A DNA stretch of 64,000 bases from Octopus sinensis (Eukaryota): contig NC_042997.1 of the NCBI RefSeq assembly GCF_006345805.1, positions 16,182,001 through 16,246,000 on the forward strand. The letters are read 5' to 3'. Every line of letters starts with the position of its first letter. The stretch's first letter is position 1. The notes under the pieces were generated by a model that was not told the DNA's origin, made no database searches, and saw only the letters and a program-made list of their open reading frames with translations. This document shows positions 53,184-64,000 of this stretch, piece by piece. The translations under genes were made by a program, and so were the position numbers.

Positions 53184-53590
53184 AATAATGTTAAGGTCAT
53201 ATTAATGTCTAAGATGACTATTAAATGATACAGAATCTAAGAGAATAAACTTCGTTGTATTTGGTTTGCAAGATTCTTGATGTGAACTCGTGTGTTGAAA
53301 CAAATCTTGTATCTAGGGAGGGTTATTATGACGATAAAAAACACACGCACTGGTCCTATTTTACTTCTTTGTTTTTCTTTGTCACTTGATTAATCAATGA
53401 TGTCTTCTCCTATCCAGGTCTGCTGAATTAGAGTAGGCATGTCATTGATAAAGTTGCGGATGGCGACCAGGGGACTTTGAGAAATCCAGCCGATTGATTG
53501 ATTGACCGAACGATTAATCAAACAATCGATTAGTTAATTGGTTAAACAGTTAACCAATTGGCAAATAAAAATTACGAAGTAAATTATACT

Positions 53591-53641
<51 letters not shown>

Positions 53642-54362
53642 GTGTGTGTGTGTGTGTGTGTTTGTGTGCTTATTATTTGCATAATGACCCTCTCTCGATG
53701 TGACAAAAATATAAACTTGATTGCATTATATTTTGGCAGAGCAAATACTTAGTAAATGAAAATCTGGATTTGTTGCAGGATCAATGCAAGTTTTTCTAGA
53801 CATTATCATTTAGTATCGTTTCAATAATCGATCAGTATGTTTGTTTTGGACAATACTATAAATGACCTCAATGAGATAAATCATTTCAAGATATATTTTG
53901 GCGTCGAGAATTTTTAGTTTAGTTATTTGTTTTTAAACGGTGTTGAATATTTGAGACAGATTTGGCTGTTATATTTAGTAAGCTGAGCAACTGTGTAAAC
54001 CAGGTATACTTAACAGTTTTTCGAGTAGCAAGCCGCTTGAGACATGGATCAACACCAGGTAGAACACACTGCTAAAATAAAATTCGAGGTAATTAGGTGT
54101 AGTATTTAGAAAGTCCTGCGGACCACCGTTTGCCCCCATGACTGGTGTGGACCATAAATGAAGCATCTTTGTAACTTCAGTGTCGAATTTCAAGTACATA
54201 AGAACCTATTGGGGACACATATGCCGAGAAAAGCATTGAATTTGTAATTTTACAAATACATTGTTTCTTTAAAGAAACTGCTTTTAAAGATTTTGTTTGG
54301 ATGAAGTTTCAGATTTTGAAAAGGGGTCAGCGGTTTCTCACCTCTGAGGTACAATTTCTGTG

Positions 54363-54457
<95 letters not shown>

Positions 54458-54679
54458 ATATACACAGACAAACCACCTATACCAGGACATATCTCAGTTA
54501 ACAACTCCCTACTTGAATGGAACACGATACCAAAACAATTGACTTTAAAATGACTTAACAGATTAATTTAGACATGTGCATGTAGTTGTATGTATTTTGT
54601 TGTGTCAAGCTGACTCTGCCTGAAGAATACGTTTAAGGTGCCTGCATCTGTGGAACACTCAACCACTTACTCGAATTTT

Positions 54680-55235
54680 CATCTGCATTCCATCTTGCAT
54701 ATCAAATGGCGGATTCACATTCCTGGTATTGAGGCCCAGCACATCTCTGGTGCAGTTAGTGTGGAAGCCCTCATTAACTCATCGCAGCTACGCTGGGCGT
54801 GATGGAGGGCGCCAGTCTCCCAAAGGCCGTTTTCTACGATTAATATCTATCAAGACAAGAGGAATTGTGGTGGCCAGTGGTTGCGATATAGACATGAGCT
54901 AGAGAGGCATGTGAAGAATTCCGGCTTTTCCCCAGACACATGGGAGGAGAAGGCCATACAAGCACGATGAATGGTACCGTTCGCTGAAGCTCGTAATTCC
55001 AGCTATTGAGGAGAAACAACAGAGAGGATACGAAAGAGAACATGTGACGCATCATATCTCCGTTGCGGCAAGTAGCTTCACCTGCAGCAGATGTCATCGC
55101 TGCTGTAAACCGAGAGTAGATCTTGCAGCCCAAATGTGTGCCTGCTGGAGAATAGTCAACGTCGAACGGACAGCCGTCGACGACGACCAATTCGAATGAT
55201 CGAACTTACACAGCGTTGAAACCGACGGAGATCCA
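54680..55235 (+). mobile_element. RTE-clade LINE 3' fragment
   Basis: SILHIKW..EALINSSQLRWA..KRNCGGQWLRYR..DTWEEKA..FTCSRCHRCCKPRVDLAAQMCAC. Confidence 0.82.
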
Positions 55236-55332
55236 TTTGCCAACTGTATGTATTTTGTAGGGCATACGCACAGTTAAAATTTACCTTTGTCGGTACAGTA
55301 TAAGATATAAATAGATAGTATTTAGTTGTGTG

Positions 55333-55707
55333 GTGAAGGCGCATGGCTCAGTGGTTAGAACGTCGAGCTTACGATCGTGAGGCTGTGAGCTCGAATCCCG
55401 GACTGGGCTGCATGTTGTGTTCTTGAGCAAGACACTTTGTTTCACGTTGCTTCAGTTCACTCAGCTGTAGAAATGAGTTGCGACGTCACAGGTGCCAAGC
55501 TGTATCGGCCCCTTTGCCTTTCCCTTGGATAACACTGGTGCCGTGGAGAGGGGAGACCGGTATGCATGGGCGACTGCTGGTCTTCCATAAAACAACCGGG
55601 CAAGGTTGTTTTATGGAAGACCAGCAGTCTGAGAGAGTAACTTGTGTCTGGGAGGGTAACTTTCTAGGTCCAGTCCCTAGGTCAGTGTCGTGACCGAAGG
55701 GGGTCTC
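55333..55707 (+). mobile_element. SINE family D (tRNA head plus CORE-like body)
   Basis: TGGCTCAGTGG A box, GCTCGAATCCC B box, TTCTTGAGCAAGACACTT..CAGTTCACTCAGCTGTAGAAATGAG. Confidence 0.88.
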
Positions 55708-56235
55708 AGATTTAGTTGTGTACGTGTAAGTTCGTTTTAGTGTGCCTGTGTTAATATTTAAATGAGTTTGAATATTTGCCTGTCTTAATATGTTTCTCCG
55801 TGTTTGTGTATGTGAATCAACACCAGAGGTTTTGCGTATGAATCCATGTGTTTGTATGTATATGAGTTTTGTAATAGTGTGTAAGAGGGAGAAAGAGAAA
55901 GGGAAGAATATGTGCGTCAGTTTGTGATTGTGTGTACGTACGTGCGTGCGTGTGCGTAGAAATGCAGGGAAGTAGGCGGGAACTGTGATCTTGATGTGTG
56001 GAGTGATTTTACATTTGGAAGAGTGTATATAGGGATATATGAGTAAAAGTGTATGTACATATGTATGTGTATGTATGCATATGTATGTGCGTGTGGATGA
56101 ACGTTCGGTCTATGCATTTGTAAGAGAGAAATATAACTATTGTCTGGGATAGATTTTGTATAACGTAAATACGTGTATAGCATACACGTATGTGTGTATG
56201 TGGATGTGTCTATGATTGTGTGTGTGTGTGTGTGT

Positions 56236-56273
<38 letters not shown>

Positions 56274-56676
56274 TATGATATGTGTGAGTGAATGTGAATA
56301 GCAATACATACATTTATGTAGATGTGAGTACGCGGGGCGTGCATCTGTGTACGAGAGAGAGAGAGGGTGAGGGTGTGTGTGTGTGTGAGTGTGTGTGTGA
56401 GTGTGTGTGTCTGTGTGCGTGTGTGTGTGTGTATCCAACAACAATAACATCATCATTATCAACAACAACAAGAATAATAAGCGATATCTTAACAGAAGAG
56501 ATTTCACCTTTCTTCGAATCTAATTAAGGTCACTTAGTGTGTGAGAGACGTGTGTGAGGGAAAGCTCTCGCACAAATGACGTCAGAGAAAATCAAATTGA
56601 ATGAGTTACGTTTAAGTGGGTGTATGGGTGTGTTAGTAAATGCATATATTTATAAGATTTTACGACTGAATGTCTT

Positions 56677-56714
<38 letters not shown>

Positions 56715-57074
56715 AGCCTCAGTCTAATAATTCGTATGTTTATATATGTGTGTGTATGAGAGCGTATGCGTGTCAATGTAAATGTACGTGCGTGTTTTTG
56801 TACTTTCTATTGAGCATCCATTTCCCATGAGTGTGTCATTACTGTGTATGTGTCTCTTTCCTTGTGTGTTGTGTGTGTGTGTGTGTGTGTGTGTTTGAGT
56901 GCGTATGTGTGTGCGCGTTGGTGTATAGTCTTTTTTCCGTGTATTGTGTAAGTGCTTGGAGTTATATGTAGGAGTGTGATTAAATGAAATGAGATGTTTT
57001 TTTATGGGGTGGGATAGTTAATTACCCATCAACAAAACAAGCTAATGATTTGCGTCATATATATATATATATAC

Positions 57075-57280
57075 GCCTGTATTTGTTTCCGATCACTGCT
57101 TTTGACAGCCGCTAATTGGTGTGTTTACTACCCCGTAACTTAGCGGTTCGGCAAAAGGATTGATACAAAAAGTACTGGACTTAAAAAAGAAATAAGTACC
57201 AGTGTCTATTCGTCCGACGAAAATTCTTCAAGGCGATGACCCAGCATAGCCACAGTCTAATGACTGAAACAAGTAAAAGG
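57075..57280 (+). mobile_element. SINE-B 3' half
   Basis: CCCCGTAACTTAGCGGTTCGGCAAAAG..CAGTCTAATGACTGAAACAAGTAAAAG. Confidence 0.8.
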
Positions 57281-58389
57281 CGTGGGGGTGGTTGCTTGGG
57301 TATGGCTGATTTGCGAGTGAAAATGTTCTAATTTCAAATTTCTTCTGAGGATGTTTTGTGATTTTCGTAGGCTTTGTATAAAAGTTTTTAACTCGGAGAA
57401 TACAATTTCTTGGTATTTTGTTGACCACCACCCCTATCTCGAAGCAATCATCCACGTATTTTTTAGTCTTTAAATCGCCAGCAGATTTGTCCCCAAACCA
57501 GTCTACCCAACTCAACACTAAATTAAGCGAGTACTCGTCAGTTTTACAATACTGCCGCTGCTTACATCGAGGAGCGTTGAAATACACATTTCACACCATT
57601 GATAAAGGGGAGAGAGGGGGAGGAGAGAGAGGGAGGAGGGCAGAAAGAAAGAAAACGTGTTACCTTTCTTAGCAACTAACACAGCTTCCATAAATAATCT
57701 ATTATCCCATCAACTCATCCAGCTGTGACCGCATTAAATTTGCTGGCACACATTTAACTTCCGAGGAAACCTATCCGCAGGTACGTGACTGCTCGACATA
57801 ATAGCTAAATCCTCATTCGCTTCAAACCGCACTGCCTTTTCAAAACAGGAAAATGGATGACACGCTGGAAATTATGTTGGTCATCTATAATCCGCCTTTG
57901 ATCATAAGTCTACTTGAGGCCAAACGAGAACAAGAATAGCAACTGTTTCTCACAGCACATAGACGTCTGTATATATTTATTTAGTGATTCGCTTCCTACT
58001 GTTTTAGCTAGTACAATAAAATTATATTTATGTTGATGACGCCACAACATTCAGAAACATAATCTAACTTATCGCATGTATTTATCAAAAAAATGTTCTT
58101 CCTTTTGTTTTCGCCATATATTTGACTCTACATTAACTTTTTAATTCTTTATGCATTAAACAGTTTACGTACAGGAGATAAATAAATAAATATTCGATAT
58201 TGGAAATGGTTAAAAATCAAATACAAATATGGCTTCTTCAGTGCGGGGTTGTTGCATGAAGAAAATGCTTCAATCTACTTTAAAATATGAAAAAAAGTCG
58301 TTTCATACAAAATTATAAAATATACAATCCGCACCAAAGGTTGTTTTCAGAAGTTTTAAAGACAATACGAACCCATAATTATTTCATCT

Positions 58390-58420
<31 letters not shown>

Positions 58421-58540
58421 TGTGTGTGTGTGTGTGTGTACATACCCATACGCATAATTCATTCACATTCACACATACACATGTACATAGGGTGCGAGGA
58501 GTATCTAAGTAGACTTAATTATAAGTATATTACTCACAAT

Positions 58541-58885
58541 GTGAAGGTGCGTGGCTCAGTGGTTAGAGCGTCGGGCTTATAATCGTGAGGTTGTTAATTC
58601 GATTTCAGAACTGGACTGTGTGTTGTGTTCTTGAGCAAGACACTTTACTTCACGTTGCTCCAGTTCACTCATCTGTAGAAAATGAATTGCGACGTCACTG
58701 GTACCAAAACTGTACTGGCTTTTACCTTTCCCTTGGACAACATGGTGGCATAGAGAGGGGAGACCACTATGCATGGGCAACTGCTGGTCTTCCACAAACA
58801 ACCTGTCTGGAGTTGTGTCTTGGGGGATAACTTGCTAGGTGTAATCCCATGGACTTTCATAACTGAAGGGGTCTTTACCCTTTAC
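58541..58885 (+). mobile_element. SINE family D, second copy
   Basis: Aligns with 55333-55707. Confidence 0.88.
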
Positions 58886-58999
58886 TCACTTCAATCCAAG
58901 TGAAAGGTTTTCTTTCAGCCCCCCACCCACGCATAATAGTTAAAATGCTTACACAAAATATCAAGCCAGTGTTGCAAGATCTTTTATATACAAAGTTTG

Positions 59000-59830
59000 A
59001 ATGGAATTGGAATTTTCTGGTGGGGATGTTTCGACCGTTTCAAAGAGAAATAGATATTCTAAAGATTTGAACACAATAAGGACACCGCAATTCATTCAAC
59101 GAGTTCAAAATATTACTGATGATGATCCCAGAGGTCGGCGTGGACTATCAGAATTGTGATGCAATATGGACATTGGATACAAATCATATGTACTGAGGAG
59201 AAGCCAATTCATGTCTACAAATATACAAAAAAAAACGTCAAACGGTTACTTAACAAGGTTAAGACCCCTCACGAACATGGCATGCTTTGGTTTTTCTCTT
59301 ATGAGAAAAACTTTGACCAAGATCAAAAGTCTAACAGGAGAAATGACTGGCGGAAATGTCTCCAGGGTGATGCACGCAAAGTTTCCAGCAAGTGTGATGG
59401 TTTTAGGAGTTGTGAGTCACGAAGGTCATATCACATCTTTTCACAGCGTCTAAGAATAAATGATATTGGAAACATCGAGGTGCTGGAGATAGTTGTTAAA
59501 CTCTAGACGGACAAAGTACGCTGTAGAAGACTATATGTGCTTCAACTAGACTCAGAACCTTCCCAAAATGCCCACATAACCCAAGAATGGATGTCAAACA
59601 ATTTTATGATTTGTAACACTAAACTGAAGGCTTCCAAACACGCCAGATATAAATCCCATGGATTTCTTCGCTGGGAACGTTGTTGAAAGGGAGACTACTA
59701 GACATCCTCAAAATATCATAGCTTCACTGAAAGCCAGCATTGTCCAGGTGATGCCCGAAATGAATAAGCACTGTTTAGTGCAACCATGCAACGATTCCGG
59801 TCCCACAATCTAAAGGTGAATTCAGAAAAT
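59000..59830 (+). mobile_element. Decayed Tc1/mariner transposase (maT/DD37D-like)
   Basis: GYKSYVLRR..LWFFSYEKNFDQDQKSNRRND..HAKFPASVMVLGVVSHEG..VLQLDSEPS..TQEWMSNNF..PDINPMDFF; many frameshifts. Confidence 0.82.
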
Positions 59831-59947
59831 AATTTTATAAGAAAGCGAAAATTAATTTTTTTCTGGATGTTGTTTTATTAAATTAATTACCAACAAGATT
59901 TTCAAATACTTCACGTGCATTATGTGTGTATGCTTGTGTGTGTATAA

Positions 59948-60006
<59 letters not shown>

Positions 60007-60164
60007 CATAATAAAAACTTGGAGAAGAGAAATAGAGAAATAACGCGTGCGTTCGGTCATATAGTAATAAATAAAATATATGCATATATACATATATGTA
60101 CATACTTACATCTACATGTATATATACATGTATACATATATATATATTATATATATATATATGA

Positions 60165-60500
60165 GTACAGGACACCACAAATAAACGTAGAACACAACGA
60201 GAGACGAGAACATAAAATCAAACAAGGAAAAGGACTTTTTTTAAACAACGAAAAAACAGAGTACAGGACAAACAATACAAGGAAAATTCCCCTTCATCAG
60301 CTGTCCCTGGTTCGACTCAAAGTGTGTTTCGAAGGTAAGGACAGAACACAGTCGAAGCAATCCTTCCTGCAAAAGGAATTAAATAAAATTCTTTTGCAGA
60401 GGGGTAAAACAAGTGACAAAAACAGGACGTAAAAGCAATACAAATGAAGAAAAAACAATACAAATGAAGAAAAAACAGGACAGGAAACAGACAATAGGGC
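60165..60500 (-). mobile_element. PLE-terminal-like module between (TA)n tracts, with a hairpin at 60367-60399
   Basis: T-rich on the minus strand, contains CTGATGAAG; hairpin CTGCAAAAG-G-AATT(AAATAA)AATT-CTTTTGCAG. Confidence 0.55.
60289..60356 (-). ncRNA. Candidate non-circularly permuted hammerhead ribozyme
   Basis: RNA UUCGAC-UGUGU-U-CUGUCCUU-A-CCUUC-GAA-ACACA-CUUUGA-GUCGAA-CC-AGGGACAG-CUGAUGA-A-GGGG; all three core strands present in swapped order. Confidence 0.6.
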
Positions 60501-60513
60501 TTTTTATATATAT

Positions 60514-60582
<69 letters not shown>

Positions 60583-60583
60583 C

Positions 60584-60640
<57 letters not shown>

Positions 60641-60729
60641 CACGCACACATACATGCATATCTATGTACAGCTCTGTTTCTTCTCTCTTTCTCCCTGATT
60701 CTTTTTCTCTGTATACACATACATGCATA

Positions 60730-60777
<48 letters not shown>

Positions 60778-60896
60778 GTATGTGTGTATATATATATGTA
60801 TGTATGTGTATATATATATATATGTATGTATGTGTATATATATATATGTATATATATATATGTATGTATGTGTGTATATATATATGTATGTATGTT

Positions 60897-60974
<78 letters not shown>

Positions 60975-61429
60975 ATATATATATATACATATATGAGAAT
61001 GAGACAGAAAAATATTTAAAAGATTTTGTATGTGTATGTGTGTGTGTGCGTGTGTGTATGTGGATATATATGTATGTACATACATGCACAAATACCTATA
61101 TATATTTATATGTATAGATACATACATACATGCATACATTATACAAAGATAGATACATAAATACATAAATAATTACGTATGTATGACATTCTGCAGACAG
61201 ACACCTTTTGTCTAAATTTGAATGTGATGTAATCGTTGTTCTGCCTACATGTCAGAGAACCTCGTTTGTTGAGAGCAAATGCTGGATCGATGAAATTCTA
61301 CAAACACCCACTCATTTCCATTTCAGTATGAGGGAAAGAAATGTTTGTCGGTAGCAAGAAAACGACATTGGCTACTACATCAGAAGCACATAGACAGAGA
61401 CGTAGTGCGTGTGTATGCGTGTATATATA

Positions 61430-61835
61430 TATACTCTTTACTCTTTTTACTCTTTTACTTGTTTCAGTCATTTGACTGCGGCCATGCTGGAGCACCGCCT
61501 TCAGTCGAGCAAATCGACCCCGGGACTTATTCTTTGTAAGCCCAGTACTTATTCTATCGGTCTCATTTGCCGAACCGCTAAGTGACGGGGACGTAAACAC
61601 ACCATCATCGGTTGTTAAGCAATGCTAGGGGGACAAACACAGACACACAAACACACACACATATACATATATACATATATACGACAGACTTCTTTCAGTT
61701 TCCGTCTACCAAATCCACTCACAAGGCATTGGTCGGCCCGGGGCTATAGCAGAAGACACTTGCCCAAGATGCCACGCAGTGGGACTGAACCCGGAACCAT
61801 GTGGTTGGTTAGCAAGCTACTTACCACACAGCCAT
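61430..61835 (-). mobile_element. SINE family B, full length
   Basis: Reverse complement of the 36503-36920 type. Confidence 0.95.
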
Positions 61836-61840
61836 ATATA

Positions 61841-61875
<35 letters not shown>

Positions 61876-62308
61876 CGTACACACACACACACACACGTAT
61901 ATATCTATATTGTGTGTGTTTGTGTTTATGTGAGTGTTCTCTTCTACTTTTTAATTATTTGTTTTCCTGTAAAGGAAGGAGCTGGTTTCTAACAAAGATA
62001 TAACGCTCCATCGTGAGAATGTAGGTAAGAAAAACAATGTCACATTCTGAACTTGAGAAAAGTTTCGCCTATATTTAATGTTCCCCTTACAAATTGTATT
62101 TGTAATATGCATGCTAGCCTTTACAAATCCTAGCTTTTCTAGATTGTCACTAAGGCATCTACTAACGAAGCAAAGTATCCCAATTATTATTGTTAGTGGT
62201 TTTATTATTATTATTATATTTTTATTTTGTGTGTCTTCATTTAAATATTTCGTTTTTGGATTTGGTTGGCAAGATTCTTTATGTGAGTTCGTGTGTTGAA
62301 GCATATTC

Positions 62309-62572
62309 TGTTGTGTCTGGAAAGAGTCATTTTCTTTTTGTGTCTTATAATTTAACACACTCACCGGTAAAATTTCCACTTATTTCTTATTTTTATTTTC
62401 CTAAAATTTTCGTTGCATTTTGCAACCTTTTCAATAGTCAAGACTATTGAAAAGGTTGCAAAATGCAACGAAAATTTTAGGAAAATAAAAATAAGAAATA
62501 AGTGGAAATTTTACCGGTGAGTGTGTTAAATTATAAGACACAAAAAGAAAATGACTCTCCCCAGACACAACA
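62309..62572. repeat. Palindrome: 131-bp arms, 2-nt loop, inner 117 bp perfect
   Basis: Centre ...CAATAGTC-AA-GACTATTG... at 62440/62441; only mismatches are 62321-62322 vs 62559-62560. Confidence 0.97.
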
Positions 62573-62799
62573 TTCATTTAAATAGTTTCAATGAAAGTTG
62601 ATTACGTTCATACGTAGAAGTTCTAAAAAAAATGTAGGTTTTTGTCTATTTTTATTTAATAGTTCGCACAGCAATCTTTTCGACCCTTGCTCGTCAAAGG
62701 GTTCCGTTATAATTCACCCTAAGACGACGAGAGGTCGAAATGATCGTAGAAAGAACTTTCAATCACGTGGTTCTGAATTCACTCCCTCTGCGTTGCACT

Positions 62800-63230
62800 G
62801 TGGGCATGTGACCCCCAGGCTGGTCTCGCGTTCACCAAAGCCGGTGTGAGTGGATTTGGTAGACTGAAACTGAAAAAAAGATTGTCACATATATTACATA
62901 CCTATGAGTGTCTTTGTGTTTGCTGTTGTTCACCACCATCAGTTGTCAACCGGGTTTGGTTTGTTTATGGCTCCGTAACTTAGTGTTCAGCATAAGAGTC
63001 AGATAGAATAACTACCAGGACTGCAGCCATATTGAGATACTGCCTCGAAACATATTGATCAAAGTACTTGTTTTAAAGTCTGGTAGTTATTCTATCGATC
63101 TCTCTTGGCGAACCGCTATGTTATGGGGGACGTAAACAAACCAAATCCAGTTGTCAAGAGGTTGAAGAACAAATACACCCACAAGGTCTCCAAGCTAAAG
63201 TATAATGCCCTTGCCCAAAGTGCCACACAT
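62800..63230. mobile_element. Diverged SINE-B fragments (+ then -)
   Basis: GTGAGTGGATTTGGTAGACTGAAACTG; TCTATCGATCTCTCTTGGCGAACCGCT..GGGGACGTAAAC. Confidence 0.7.
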
Positions 63231-63243
63231 TGCGTCATGTTAT

Positions 63244-63320
<77 letters not shown>

Positions 63321-63409
63321 ATATATAATATTAAAAGTTGAATCTTTGTTCGCAGGTATGTGTTTGTTGTTGTTGTTGTTGTGTGGGTGTGAGTGGCTTG
63401 CCTGCGTGT

Positions 63410-63508
63410 ATTTTCTCTTTCTCTCCACTCTCTTCTCTCTTCTCTGTCTCTCTCCCCTCTCTTCTCTCTCTCTCTCTTCCTCTTTCTCCATCTCTCTCCT
63501 CTCTCTCT

Positions 63509-63563
<55 letters not shown>

Positions 63564-63590
63564 TCATTCTCTCTCTCTCGTCCTCTCTCT
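63410..63590. repeat. (TC)n tract
   Basis: Direct reading. Confidence 0.95.
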
Positions 63591-64000
63591 CTGTGTTGTT
63601 TGACTGTGTCTCGTGTTTGTTTGACTGCTGTGTTTGTGCGTGCGTAAACTAAATTTGCCTTTTCTAGCAACACGAATTTCAAACAATTGCGCTCTTCGGG
63701 TGAAAAATGTTATCTGCCAGAGTTCGTGCTCCTTCTATAACCATTGGATTGAGTTTATCCTTTTGGCTATGGCTATCGTTTTCATTGATTGCCTCCTAAG
63801 GAAGCAATCAAATCAAGAACAATCGAAAATGCAGAATAAAAAAGTGGTATCTAAACTGGGTTGTTATTGTTGTTCTCTCATTATTTTCTTTCTCTTTCTC
63901 TTTCTTTCTGCTTTCCTTCTTTTCTTCTCTTATCCTCCCTTAATTCCTGCACTCACTCATTCTTTCTTTCTTCCTCACTTCTTTCTCTCTTTTTCTTTCA

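Noticed and set aside
56577-56584. TGACGTCA CRE palindrome (also near 34353 and 46157)
   Set aside because: 8-mers occur by chance, and no promoter or gene context was identified.

Overview
Repeat-saturated, AT-rich eukaryotic DNA. The tRNA-derived SINE families and extreme (TA)n/(CA)n load point to an octopus genome (inference from family resemblance, not a database hit). One 100-N scaffold gap lies at 6532-6631. I recognise no host protein-coding exon, so the window is probably intronic or intergenic; the long ORFs in the track are microsatellite artefacts or transposon remnants. Contents: about 25 SINE copies or fragments in four body types (my labels A-D); decayed LINE pieces (RTE x3, CR1 x2, R4/Dong-like x3, Tx1/L1 x1); two Penelope-like (PLE) coding remnants plus several solo PLE-terminal modules; non-autonomous Helitron-like elements; one mariner and one possible MULE transposase remnant; and several palindromes or inverted duplications. 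The most interesting signal is RNA-level, with three structurally distinct hammerhead ribozyme (HHR) motif types in PLE-type terminal repeats. These are (1) a minimal dimer-type family with covarying stems (best copy 47237-47271), (2) a complete type I HHR on the minus strand at 10336-10386, and (3) a candidate NON-circularly permuted HHR on the minus strand at 60289-60356. All folds were derived by eye, and no activity is shown. TE boundaries are approximate unless a TSD or terminus is quoted.
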